A stretch of 64,000 nucleotides of DNA from the human T2T-CHM13v2.0 reference genome, Homo sapiens: assembly GCF_009914755.1 (NCBI RefSeq), contig NC_060934.1. One strand, written 5' to 3'. Positions 32,831-48,272 of this stretch are shown here, piece by piece. The translations under genes were made by a program, and so were the position numbers. Each line of letters starts with the position of its first letter. The stretch's first letter is position 1. Below the pieces are notes generated by a model. That model saw only the letters and a program-made list of their open reading frames with translations, searched no databases and was not told where the DNA came from.

Positions 32831-35176
32831 TTACAGTAAGTGGAAACATAATTAATATGTAAATTAGGGTATGTTATGTGATAAGTGCTTTAGGAAAAAG
32901 AAAAATAGAGCAAGGTAATCAAATGGGGAGTGTGATGAAGTAGGGGTTCGTAGGGTGGGCTTCATTGAGGTCAAGAAGAAGAGGAAGGGGCATGGTGGCA
33001 CACACCTGTAGTCTCAGCTACTCAAGAGGCTTAGATGGGAGGATCACTTCAGCCAGGGGTTAAGCCAGCCTGGGCAATATAATAGTGAGACTCCATGTCT
33101 AAAAAGAGAAAGAACCAGCAAAGGAGACTGAAAATTGAGTAGTGAAATAGAAAGAAAAACGAGAGATGTTCTGGGATTGGCCCAGTGGCTCACTGCTGTA
33201 ATCCCAGCACTTTGGAAGGCCAAGGTGGGCAGATCGCTTGAGCCTAAGAATTTGAGACCAGCCTAGGCAACGTGGCGAAACCTCATCTCTGCAAAAAATA
33301 CAAAGGTTAGCCAGGCGTGGTGGTGCACACCTGTAGTCCCAGCTACTTGGGAGGCTGAAGCAGAGGACTGCTTGAGCCTAGGAGGCGGAAATTACAGTGA
33401 GCCAAGATGACGCCATTGCACTTCCGCCTGGGTGACAGAGTGAGACTCTGTCTCAAAAAAAAAAAAAAAGAGGAAAACTGAGATTAGATTTGGCTAAATG
33501 GAGGTTGCTAGTGACCTTGATAAGCAGTTTTGGTGGAGTGGGTTCAAAACTAAGGAGAGAGATAGAGGGCCGGGCGCAGTGGCTCACACCTGTAATCCCA
33601 ACACTTCGGGAGGCTGAGGTGGGCGGATCACCTGAAGTCGGAGTTCAAGACCAATCTGACAAACATGGAGAAACCCTGTCTCTACTAAAACTACAAAATT
33701 AGCCGGGCATGGTGGCACATAACTGTAATCCCAGCCACTCAGGAGGCTGAGGCAGGAGAATCGCTTGAACCCAGGAGGCAAGAGGTTGCAGCAGTGAGCC
33801 GAGATCGTGCCATTGCATTCCACCCTGGGCAACAAGAGCAAAACTCCGTCTCAAAAAAAATAAAAATAAATAAAACATATACAGTTCTTCTGGGGAATTT
33901 TGTTGCAAAGGGAGCAATGAAATGAAGCAGTGGGGCAAAAAGGCTCAAGAAAATAATTTGGTTTTAATTTTTTTTTTTAACACTGAAGAAATAATAGCAT
34001 GTTTGTTTGATGAGGATCCAGTAAAGAGTAGGGAGAAATTATGTAGGATAGTGGGAGATAATTGCTGGAGCTGTGGCCTTGAGTTGGTGAGGGGATAGGA
34101 TCATCTAGTGCATAAGTGAGGGGATTGACTTCAGATGGGTGGAATATTGGTTGATGAGTACATGTGCTGGAGAGCGTCGATAAATGTTCTCTTATGGCTT
34201 CAGTTTTCTGATTAAAAAATTACCAGGCCAGGCATGGTGGTACATGCCTGTAATCCTAGCACTTTGGGAAACTGAAGTGGGAGGATTGCTTGAGCCTAGG
34301 AGTTCCAGACCAGCCTGGGCAACACAGGGAGACCCCATCTCTACAAAAAAAAAAAAAAATTTAAATAAAGAAAATTAGCCAAGCATGGTGGCGCACATCT
34401 GTGGTCCCAGCTACTTGGGGGCTGAGGTGGGAGGCTCGCTTGAGCTGGGGAGGTCAAGGCTGCAGTGAGCCATAATCATGCCACTGTACTCTAGTGTGGG
34501 TGACAGAGCAAGACCCTGTCTCAAAAAAAAAATCGAATTATCAACCATACGAAGGTTGAAGTGCTGAGGTTTTATATATACTTACGGTCTTTAACTTCTA
34601 CTACTAGCATTTGAGGGATCTTTGGTGACTAAGATGACTTTTATTGTGCTTTCTGAAGGAGTTATAAACTTAACCCAGCAAATTTGTATGTCTTGAGAAT
34701 TCAGCACTATATTCTGAGATTAAATAATGATGCATGTAATAATGCCTTTGGCACAGCACACAGTCTCTTATAGACCCTCAAGAAATGCTAACTATTTATT
34801 AGAGGATATAGAGTTGGTGTGCACTAAATTAGACTTATTTCATCTCTCTGGTCCCAGAAGATACCTTATCATTGTTTTAAATGTTATGTAAGTTAGACCT
34901 TGACAGTAATAAGTAAATATGCTATACATATTATAAATGACAGTCCTTTGACATCTCTTCTAATGTTCTCTCTACTTTACAATGTATAGTCTGTCTTCAT
35001 ACAGTGACATAGCGATATTATTGGCTCCAGTGATCAGCAGGGAGTCTTGATCAGAGGCTCCATAGATGGATGCTTTGTTCTTACATGTTTCATTATTTTA
35101 TCATCAGAATCCTATGTTAATTTATTTGTATAGGGAAAATAAACAGTTTTTGTGTATAGCATCTGCCTTTAGATTA

Positions 35177-35392
<216 letters not shown>

Positions 35393-35890
35393 TTAAAAAT
35401 TAAATTAAAAAAATAAACTTAGGGCCAGATGCAGTGGCTCATGCCTGTAATCCCAGCACTTTTGGAGGCCGAGGTGGGTGGATCACCTGAGGTCGGGAGT
35501 TCAAGACCAACCTGGCCAACAGGGTGAAACCCCATCTCTACTAAAAATACAAAAATTAGTTGGGCGTGGTGGCACATGCCTGTAATCCCAGCTACCTGGG
35601 AGGCTGAAGCAGGAGGATCACTTGAGCCCAGGAGGCGGAGGGTGCAGTGAACCAAGATCCCACCATTGCACCCCAGACTGGGTGACACAGTGAGACTCTG
35701 TCTCAAAAATAAATAAATAGCTGGCTGGGTGCGGTGGCTCACACCTGTAATCCCAGCACTTTGGGAGGCTGAGGCGGGTGGATCACCTGAGGTCAAGAGT
35801 TCGAGACCAACCTGACTAACATGGTGAAACCCCGTCTCTACTAAAAATACAAAAATTAGCTGGGCATGGTGGCAGACGCCTGTAATCCTA

Positions 35891-36043
<153 letters not shown>

Positions 36044-37007
36044 TCAGTTATATTTGGCCTTTAAATCAGGGCTGAGACCCTTCCATTCTTCTGGAAAATT
36101 CTGGAGCTAAATTATACTGGGCTTAGTGGCAGTCAGAATACCTCCAAATGCTGCTTTTCCAAATAACTTTCAGAAGGAAGTAGTAGTCAGATTTCAGAGT
36201 AAGCATATAATAATAGAACATAATTGGTACATAGAGCTGTTGGAATGCTATAAAAACTGGCTTCATAATCATAAAAAGAAATTTGTTAGAGAATAATATT
36301 CAATTAAATACAGCATATTGAAAATCAAAGAGAGATAAATTGACATTATGTAAATACAAGAAAATGGCCCTGGTTACCTTTATGTACTGTATCAAGGTAT
36401 ACAGTGAGTGAAGTCAGAGAAATGATATTCTTACTAAATACGAGAATCTAATTGTTGCCAGGAATTTGATGGAAAAAGCAAGCTGAAATGACCATTTCAC
36501 TCTACCGTGGCCAGTATGATTAAGAGATGAAAGTGAGAGGACTATTTCCTTTATAAGAAGTAACTATATTTGAGACTCTAATTTTAGGTTCAATAATAAA
36601 GATAATTTGAGGAGGCTGTTTACGAGAATTTATGAAGTAATATTTAGCTATTCGTGCAAATGACTGAGAAATTCTCAACTATTCTAGTCTAGGTTCCCAT
36701 CAAATTTATAACAGTTATTTCTAAAGCATCAAAACATCCAACTTCATGAAAGTATTTTAGGCTGAGTGTAGTAGCTCATGCCTGTAATCCCAACATTTTG
36801 GGAGACCAAGGCAAGAGGATCACTTGAACCCAGAAGTTTGAGGCTGTAGTGAGCTATGATCATGCCACTGCACTATAATCTGGATGACAAAGTGAGACCC
36901 TGTGTCTTGTTGGGGGGAAGGTATTTTAGATCTATAGAAAATATCAAACAAGTCATTTTAAAAGTTCACCCTGTGTTGAACCTTTACTTCTTTTCTGTGT
37001 GTTATAG

Positions 37008-37138
37008 GTCCAGTGGTTTACGTCTTGGATCTTGCAGATAGACTGATCTCAAAAGCCTGTCCATTTGCTGCAGCAGGAATAATGGTCGGCTCTATCTATT
37101 GGACAGCTGTGACTTATGGAGCAGTGACAGTGATGCAG
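37008..37138 (+). CDS. MARCHF5: MARCHF5 coding exon 3 (includes TM1)
   Basis: (G)PVVYVLDLADRLISKACPFAAAGIMVGSIYWTAVTYGAVTVMQ. Acceptor ttatAG at 37006-37007, donor CAG|GTTCAC; 131 nt, phase continues from exon 2. Not called in this frame by the ORF track. Confidence 0.97.
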
Positions 37139-37518
37139 GTTCACTATTTTACCTATATAGTGATATTACTTGGTGTGAAGATCTATTAAAACATTTTTTG
37201 TTAGACATTTAAAAGTGTATTATTTTGAATAAGAAATAACATTCTCATGTTCTTTCTAAATGTTATTTCCCCTACTTTTTCTTTACCCAAAAAGGAGCAT
37301 ATTATAGCTGTATCTCCCTTTTTTCATAGTGAATCTTAGAGATCATTTCATATAAGTATGCAGAAATCTGCATAACGTTCTATCTATAGAATTACAGCCA
37401 TTTACTAACCAACTTGTCTCTTGTGGATAGACGTTTAGTTAGTCCAATGTTTTGCTATAAAAACAGTGCTGCATAGCTTGCAATCCCAGCACTTCAGGAG
37501 GCCGAGGCAGGTGGATCA

Positions 37519-37773
<255 letters not shown>

Positions 37774-39923
37774 TCAAAAATAAAAATTAAAAAAAAGGAA
37801 AGAAAAACAGTGCTACAATCAGTAACTGCTGCTGAATATTAGAGAGACATAAATTTCAAAATTTAGTCCCAAGCCGTTGACTCTTCTTTTTATACCTTCT
37901 TCTTAAAGATTTCCAGCTATCAACTTAGTTTTTTTGTGTGTTCAGGTCTTTTGTCCTGTTCTTTTCTCAAATCCAGTGCTGCAATGATCTCTTGTGACTT
38001 CATACTCAAAATTATTGAAATCAAACTTGTCACTTCTTCCATTTGAAACCTAAATTTATTCTCCGTCATCGTTCCTTTGTTTCTGTTTCTATTTTCCCAT
38101 CTATAGTTTACATCCTTTTTTTTTTTTTTTTTTTTTTTTTGAGACAAGGTCTTGCTCTGCATAGCCCAGATTGGGCATGTGGTGGCACAGTCATGGCTCA
38201 CTGCAGCCTCAACTTCCTGGGCTCAGTCATCTGTCCACCTTAGCCTCCATAGTAGCTGGAACTATGGGTGTGTGCCTCCATGCCTAGCTACTTTTTTCTA
38301 AGGATGGTGGGAGGGGTCTCACTATGTTACCAAGGCTGATCTCAAACTCCTGGGCTCAAGTGATCCTCCCACTTCAGCCTCCCAAAGTGTCCCAAAGTGC
38401 TGGAGGTACGGGTGTAAGCCACTGCACCCAGCCCATCCTATATTTTTAGAATTACGTTTGACTCTTCACCCCCCTCAATACTCCCCACAAACCGCCCCCC
38501 GACAAAACAAAGTCTTACTCTGTCACCAAGGCTGGAGTACAGTGGCGCAATCAAGGGTCACTGCAGCCTTACTCCTGGGCTCAAACGATCCTCCTGCCTC
38601 AACCTCCCAAGTAGCTGGGACTACAGGCACACACCACTATGCCCAGCTAATTTTTTATTTTTTGTAGAGATGGGGTCTTGCTGTGTTGTACAGACTGGTC
38701 TCAACCTCCTGGCCTCAAGTGATCCTCCCACCTCAGCTTCCCAAAGTGCTGGGATCACAAGCCTAGTGAGCCCATCTGGCCTAGTCTTTCTATTTTATAG
38801 CCTTCTATTCAGTCCACTGACCAAATACAAGCAGTTTTTCCACTTTGATGTGTCTTGTGTCTGTGGCTTCCTTTCCACAGTCTTTACCACCTGACTTCTT
38901 GTCACTTCATCATACCTGGATGGCTAAAGGACCTTCTTGGTTTATCTGACTTCATGTTCTTCTGTCAATCCATCCTTCCAAATGAATCCTCTTAAAATAG
39001 TACCTTCAAAATCTTACTCCCCAGCTTAACATCTCCATTGCCTTAAGTAGTAGTCTTCAAGAGCAGCATCTAGATTGGTTAAGTGTTTCCTAAGTAACTC
39101 TGTAGTAGTGAACACACTTAGGTTTGTAGATGATATAATTTGCTTTTCTTTAATATAAATTAGAATTTACATGAACAAAAAAGGAATGCTTGGAATTTTA
39201 CCTAATATTCCAGGAACTGCATATGTATCTATGCCAGGGTCAAACCTTTATGGCTTGCTCCATTAATGGTCATGGTGAGACAGAGTATTATGAGACTTCC
39301 TTATAAAATGATGATGACATCCCAAAAATATGGATACAGTTAAATGAATCACAAACAGTGAAACATATCTGACATGAGTGTAGTGAATAAAGTTTGAGAA
39401 CCACTGACTTGAACTTTAGCATGATTTGATACACAGGGTCCTCTGTAATCGTACTTCGTTCTGCTTTAAGGCTGTTGGGCTGTCTCCTCCAACCCATCCT
39501 TATGTTGTGTAGTTTTTCACCTCTGTCCTTTGGCTTACGTCACCTTCCCAACCTAATACCTGCCCTTCTAGTCTTCTGTGTACTTATCCAAATCTAAACC
39601 CTCCTTCCAGGCTTAGCTAGCTTTCCTCCATAGAACTTACAGGCAACTCCTGCCTGCTGTGATTCCTTCTTCCCCCACATTCATGACATTTTTATTCCTC
39701 AAATGGCAGCTAGTCCTGCCCTGATGAAGTGACATTTCTTATATAGATTATCTGTTTAACTTTTCTTGTTTTTAGGCCTTATTTTTCCTGTTAGGAGGTA
39801 ATTTCCTTGAAAGCAGAGTCCATTTTATGCTTCTGTATTCCCTGTTACAGCATCTACATAGAAACTAACACATTAAAGGGTTTCATAAATCTTTGTGGTT
39901 TTGTTTTTTGTTTTTTTGTTTGA

Positions 39924-40082
<159 letters not shown>

Positions 40083-42699
40083 TAGTAGAGATGAGGTTTC
40101 ACCATGTTGGTCAGGCTGGTCTGGAACTCCTGACCTTAGATGATCTGCCTGCCTCTGCTTCCCAAAGTGCTGGGATTACAGGTGTGAGCCACTGCACCCG
40201 GCAGTCTTTATGTTTTTTATGTGACCACTTCAAATAATGAGTATTAGTACATCACCTGAGGAGGGAGGATCAGGATGATTTACTAAGACTGAGAAAGACA
40301 TAGAAACTTAGAGCAGATTATACATTATTTAATGTACAAATACATTATATAGATATATATATTTTGCAAATGAGATTGAGTTATTTTCTTAAGACTTTAT
40401 TGACCATAAGAAGTGAGATGGCTCTTTTTTAAGAAAGATTTTTAGGCTGGCACAATGTTAAAAGAATTTTGATAATTAATGGGGCACTTGTTAAAACACA
40501 AATAAATTGAAAACTCTGATCCCCAGCATCAAGGGATATAGTCCAAGACAAGACGTTCATAAATGAAACCACTGGAGAACAGTTACAGGTTAGATAGATA
40601 AATGTGATAAGAGGGCAGAAGACTATATAAACAATATTTTAATTCAGTAAAAGTGAAAGATAATTTGATTTGAAATTATGAGAAAAGTCTTGAGCTAACC
40701 CTTAAAGGAAATAATTTGAATTGGTAGAATGAAATAAGCAAGGAAGCAAAAACTATAGTACACATATGTGTTACCATTTAGAAATAACCTTCACATGTAA
40801 TGTCTCACTTGAAAAGATTTTTTTTTTTTAGCCCAGAAATGAGACTAGCTATGACAGTAGGTGGATAGTGTTGTGTGATTTAAGAGTATTGGGAAGATGA
40901 CTTTTACCTTCCTGAGCACATATGATAGAGAATGTGCCCCTCTACACCATCAGTAGTATTTAGGGTTTGCCTTCTAACACTTGATTGTTTTTCTCTGATT
41001 CCTTAACAACCCTGCAGTACAAGTAAACCAAATCAAGGAATCAGATCACTGTTATTTTCCCATTTATTTTCTTTCCTTCTCCATGGACCTGTCATAGAAT
41101 CAATACTTTTTAGTTGTGGGGAACTTGAATAGGACCTTCCTCTTGCATTTTTATTGAAAAGACAACACAATAATTTTTTTTTCTCGGCACTGTATTGAAC
41201 ACCTAGCACTGATGCATTTAACCCTTGCAACAATTTTATGACATAGATTATTGTTATAAATTATTCCTAGTTTACTGGTTTAGAGAGTTTACAGGTCCAG
41301 TGCCACACAGCAGAGAAGCATTAGGACTCCTGTCCCTTGGCTCCTTAAGTGAAGCCTGGTCCCAGAGGCAGCTGGAACATTTTATCCTGGAACAGTGGAA
41401 CCTTAATATGTTTAGCCTAGTTCCCATTTTTGCCTCTAGTGCAAAGACAGCCCCCATTAGCATTGCCCATTCTTAATTACAGTACTTACTTATCCTTGAT
41501 TCTGAGTTAAAAAAAAAAAAACCCTGTTATTTCATCACTGTTTCATCCTCTTGTTAGGATTCTGGCCAGGTGCTGTAGCTCATGCCTGTAATCCCAGCAC
41601 GTTGGGAAGCTGAGGCAGGCAGAACCCTTGAGGCCAGGAGTTGGAGACCAGCCTGGTCAACATGATGAAACCCCATCTCTACCAAAAATACAAAGAAAAA
41701 ATTAGGCATAGTGGCTGTATTCCCAGCTACTCCGGATGCTGAGGCGTGAGAATCGCTTGAACCTGGGAGGCAGAGGTTGTAGTGAGCCAAGATTGCACTC
41801 CAGCCTGGGCGACAGAGCAAGACTCTGTCTCTAATTAATTAATGTAGAATTCTAATAATAATTTAAAAGCTCAGACCTTAATTAAAACTGTTAGCCTTTC
41901 AGCAGCAATGAACTGCAGGCCTACCTAGATATGAAAATCTAGCTTTTAGCCCTTCTGCAGGAAAAACAAAAAATTATTTTTCTCTAAACCTGCAATTCTA
42001 TAGGTCTTTTGTTTTTCTCTTTTTTTTTTTTCTTTTTTTTTTTTTTGAGACAGAGTCTCATTCTGTTACCCAGGCTGGAATGCAGTGGCGCAGTCACGGC
42101 TCACTGCATCCTCGAACTCCCTGGGCTCAGGTGATCCTCCCACCTCAGCCTCCTGCACAGCTGGGACTACATACACATGCCACCACGCCCTGCTAATTTT
42201 TGTATTTTTTGTAGAGACAGGGTTTCACCATGTTGCCCAGTCTCAAACTCCTAGACTCAAGTTACCCACCTACCTCAGCCTCCCAAAGTGCTTGGATTAC
42301 AGGCGTGAGCCACTGTGCCCAGCCAGGCCTTTATTTTATACATAGATAACAAATTCTTAGACATTCTATATAATTCCTGGAGCTTACCCCAAAATCGAAG
42401 TCTTAAAAATAATGTTTTTAAATCTTGGGACAAGAAAGCAGAATGTATGTGATTACACACAGGTTCACTGACTTTGTATTGGCCAAAATTAAATCAGGCC
42501 CATTGCTTAATCACCTTTCATTTATTGCCCCTGAGTATGACTGTTTTAGCAAGTGGTGTACTGCAGGTGTTATACTACCTTATTTCTTCACAGTGTATAT
42601 ATTTGCACACTTGTTTGGTTTGATTTTCTCTCACTTTCAAAAGACATCTGTTTAACCTGCCATTTTAGCCCCAGCACAAAATCATTATTCAGTGAATGA

Positions 42700-43242
<543 letters not shown>

Positions 43243-43418
43243 TAAACCCAAAAAAAGGACACATAACCCGACAAAGGATTTTTTCAAATATTCTGAATTT
43301 ATTTGCTAACACTTTGAGAATATTTAATCATATTTAGTTATAATGTTAGAGTGATCATTATATTGAAATTTTTAATGATATAAAAATAGAATTTCTTAGC
43401 CAGACGTGGTGGCACTCA

Positions 43419-43706
<288 letters not shown>

Positions 43707-43798
43707 CTACTCAGGAGGTTGAGGCAGAAGAATAGCTTGAACTCAGGAGGTGGAGGTTGCAGTGAGCCAAGATCATGCCAAGACTGAAACTCCGTCTC

Positions 43799-43881
<83 letters not shown>
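43799..43881 (+). repeat. Compound tetranucleotide STR (AGAT)11 GAT (AGAT)9 forming the tail of Alu 43537-43798
   Basis: Read directly. TSD AAAG(G/A)AATTTCCTGG at 43524 and 43882 brackets the Alu plus STR. Confidence 0.93.
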
Positions 43882-43883
<2 letters not shown>

Positions 43884-44183
43884 AGAAATTTCCTGGGAAA
43901 TCATTATAGGTAAAACAGTCATGGCCAGCTAACTTTTGCTACCATTATGGAATTGGGGTTTATGAAATATCATAAACCAGACCATTTCACTTTAGGGCAA
44001 CTCAAAAGGATCACCTTCCACATGCAAGATAGGAAGTTGTTAAGTTCTACCTGGAGACACAGAAGAATATCAAATTCGATGACATTATTGACCATTAGGA
44101 AGAGGCTAGCCTCCTGCCCTTTAATATTACATCTTAATTAGATAAATTAACCAAGTGGAAATCTGGACTATATCCATAGCTCA

Positions 44184-45021
<838 letters not shown>

Positions 45022-45671
45022 CTAGAGTTCCTGAATTGGGAAAAATGCCTGGGATCTGTAACCAAAACTGGACCTCCTACTACAGTCCCTCAATTCTAGA
45101 CCTTGGAAGTGCACTTAAGGAGGGTTAGGTCTGTAGGGTAGACACTTAGCCAGCCAGAGACATCACACCCTATCTTACACACCACTAAGTAAGGAGAAAG
45201 AGCCAAAGAGAAATGAGCTTTCAGGCCATCTCTTGAAGGCCGGTCCTACCTCTTGGCTGGCTATGCTTAATCTCCTAGAAGGAAGATCAGGAAAACAGTT
45301 GTTTTGCTGGAAGACAAATAGGACTTAGAATTATATCCCAGTTCCGTAGCCCAGTCTAACCAAATCAAATAAAGGAATAGAAGCAACAATCAGAGGTCCC
45401 CGCCCCTCTATTGTAATGTAATCAGTCTGGGTCAGCCATTTTAATTTTTATTCCTGTGTGGTATGAAATGGCTTGGGAACTTTGTTTTTCCCTTGAATGA
45501 GACATTTCTTATAAATAAATCAGGACTGATAGCTTTCCAGCTTATTTTTTAAACTTTTTATTTCTGTGTATTCTTTTGAAATTAAGCATTTTCTATTAAA
45601 AAAATAGAGCTTAACATGCAACACCTCATTTGAAAAAGAAGTAATTCTAATATATGCTATCTGTTTCACAG

Positions 45672-45855
45672 GTTGTAGGTCATAAAGAAGGTCTGGATGT
45701 TATGGAGAGAGCTGATCCTTTATTCCTTTTAATTGGACTTCCTACTATTCCTGTCATGCTGATATTAGGCAAGATGATTCGCTGGGAGGACTATGTGCTT
45801 AGACTGTGGCGCAAATACTCGAATAAACTACAAATTTTAAATAGTATATTTCCAG
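45672..45855 (+). CDS. MARCHF5: MARCHF5 coding exon 4 (includes TM2)
   Basis: VVGHKEGLDVMERADPLFLLIGLPTIPVMLILGKMIRWEDYVLRLWRKYSNKLQILNSIFP (ORF 45654..45926). Acceptor tttcacAG, donor CAG|GTAAGG; 184 nt. Confidence 0.98.
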
Positions 45856-45964
45856 GTAAGGCACTGAACTGTGGTTGTAAAGTGCATACCAAATTGATCT
45901 TGAAGAACAATAACATGCTTTTTTAGCCATGTTTGAAGGTAGTCTAACTCTTCTGATTTATTAG

Positions 45965-45971
45965 CACTAAC
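45965..45971 (+). promoter_or_regulatory. Branch point of the 138-nt intron 4
   Basis: CACTAAC, a near-perfect U2 consensus; branch A about 23 nt upstream of the 3' splice site. Confidence 0.8.
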
Positions 45972-45993
45972 GCACTGCATTTTTTTCCTCTAG

Positions 45994-46160
45994 GGATAGG
46001 TTGTCCTGTTCCTCGAATTCCAGCTGAGGCCAATCCTTTAGCAGATCATGTCTCTGCTACTCGAATCTTGTGTGGAGCCCTTGTCTTTCCTACTATTGCT
46101 ACAATAGTTGGTAAATTGATGTTCAGTAGTGTTAACTCTAATTTACAAAGGACAATCTTG
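45994..46160 (+). CDS. MARCHF5: MARCHF5 coding exon 5 (includes TM3)
   Basis: (G)IGCPVPRIPAEANPLADHVSATRILCGALVFPTIATIVGKLMFSSVNSNLQRTIL. Branch point CACTAAC 45965-45971, acceptor ttttttcctctAG, donor TTG|GTAAGA; 167 nt. Confidence 0.97.
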
Positions 46161-46641
46161 GTAAGACGGCTTTAACATTACTTATATTACCTTGCAAAAG
46201 AGAATGAAGTGTATTTGTTTTTAAAAGGTGGGGAACTGTATAAATATTCGGTCTGTGGCTCCTATGCATTAAGCCTCTATTTGAGCCTCACTATCATTCA
46301 ATAGCTTGAGTGGAAATAAAAAGAGGAGAAACCACTGCAGCAGTTCTGGCCTTTTGGAACTATGTTGTAGGTGCTTTCTCTCCTGGCATATGCATGAATC
46401 ATCACACCTGTCCCTCTTGCCAGTGGGATTACAGTGCTTTACGATCAGACCACCTGGTTCAAATCCCATCACAGAAATTGTCTTGCTGTGAAATCTAAAT
46501 CAAATGTCTGGACTTTTTGTTCCTGTAGTATGGTGATGGTAATAATCAGGATTATTGTGAGGATTGTATAAGTACTAGCACATAGTAAGCACTCATGTTG
46601 TTTGCTATTATTGTTACTCCCACTTCTCCCCTCTGGTGGCA

Positions 46642-47099
46642 TGTAACCTGCACGGACCTTGGAGGACTGAACAAAGGGGGCAAGCGTGGGAATAAAAGAC
46701 AAAGACAAGAGAGTATATTTGGAAGAAGGGGTCAGGGGGCACCTTGCCTCTAGTGGACAAGGGCCCTGAGCTTTACACAGCCCTCTGTATTTATTAGGCA
46801 AAAGAGATAGTGAGAAGCAGGGGTGATTGTCGGGTAATTGTCAGTCCATTTGGCAGTTTGGTTCACAGCAGGCTTGCGAGACTGCATCATTTGAACAGTA
46901 GGCGCTAGATTTCCCAGTAGATAAGTTCAAGGAGCCCTGCACCAGGGAGTGATGGCCCCCAGCAAACCCTTTGGTGGCAGGCTCAGTGTGAGTTTACTCA
47001 CATCCTGCATTCATGATAAACAGTTTGCTGTTTGGTCATATAGCCTCCAGTGGAATGCTGAGTTGGTCACGATCCCTTTGGCCTTTCTTGCTCCCAACA
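46642..47099 (-). mobile_element. Solo ERVK-class LTR (LTR3 / HML-6-like), complete, in intron 5
   Basis: On the minus strand it starts TGTTGGGAG and ends GGTTACA (TG…CA). Perfect 6-bp TSD GTGGCA at 46636-46641 and 47100-47105; 458 bp. Subfamily assigned from recalled consensus. Confidence 0.85.
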
Positions 47100-47413
47100 G
47101 TGGCAGTCTGCACATAGTGCCCTAGCATTCTTCTTTGTATATCAGAGTATATGTAGAACTACATGGAAGAAAGACTAGTCAGAAAGGATAATGGAGAAGG
47201 CATCTGTGTCCCCTGTTACCTGTAGTAACAGCGTATAGTCTGTCTCTCTCCCTATCTCATCTCCTAGTAGAAAAAGAAAACTGTTTCATTTGCAGTCATC
47301 TGAATTAGTTTAGCATCAAAGCCTACGTCTTTTGTGATCTAAATAAAATTATTTTTATTACTCTGTTTCTCTAAATCTGCATTATAAAAAGCTAATTTTC
47401 CTTTTTATTTTAG

Positions 47414-47530
47414 GGTGGAATTGCGTTTGTTGCCATAAAAGGAGCATTTAAAGTTTACTTCAAACAGCAGCAATATTTACGACAGGCACACCGCAAAATT
47501 CTGAATTATCCAGAACAAGAAGAAGCATAA
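47414..47530 (+). CDS. MARCHF5: MARCHF5 terminal coding exon 6 (most of TM4, C-tail, stop)
   Basis: GGIAFVAIKGAFKVYFKQQQYLRQAHRKILNYPEQEEA*, with TAA at 47528-47530. Acceptor ctttttattttAG. Confidence 0.97.
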   Translation, partial: GGIAFVAIKGAFKVYFKQQQYLRQAHRKILNYPEQEEA

Positions 47531-48222
47531 AACTGACTTCTGGTTGTTCTGCAGTTCTCTCATCCTTATGAATCTGTTGTGTTGTTTTGATTCCATCATT
47601 AATGCACTTGTGGAGACTTGTGATAAGCTGCTGCTCCTATATTTTTTAAGAAATATAATAAAGCACTTAGGGCAGGGGAAATCATCTCGGTAATCATGGA
47701 ACCTAAGGATGTGATTTGTTTTCATTGTTTGTATGTACTACTTTTATGGCAGTCATATGAACCATTATCTTAGCATGGTAAACCTGGGTTTTGTTCATAT
47801 TTTCTCCAGACAGAAATGCAAAGATCAAACTGTGCAAATATTAAAAAAATGCACATGCTGTTTTATTCAAATGCCTCTTTTGTACATGTTCATGTTTAGT
47901 GTTTTCTCAGAATCAGCAACTCAAGGTACTATGAGGATTTTTCTCACTGACATAATTTGATTACATACTAAATAAGAGGATATGTTAATATGAGGAAATG
48001 TAAATTAAATTAGTTATAAATAAATAACCAAAAATGTATGTAAACATTCAAATGATTATCTGAACAAATGAGATTTTGTGGTGTTTTCTTTAACCCATGT
48101 GATGTCCTCCAAAATGTGTAGGGTAAAAATTCACAGGGCTTCCAGATCACTTTTTCAATATTAAATTTTATTTACATAATGTTGACATCTCATACTTCAT
48201 GAAGTAATTTTGACTCATGCAG

Positions 48223-48224
<2 letters not shown>

Positions 48225-48270
<46 letters not shown>
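48225..48270 (+). repeat. (GT)23 microsatellite in the 3' UTR
   Basis: Uninterrupted GT run of 46 bp. Confidence 0.95.
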
Positions 48271-48272
<2 letters not shown>

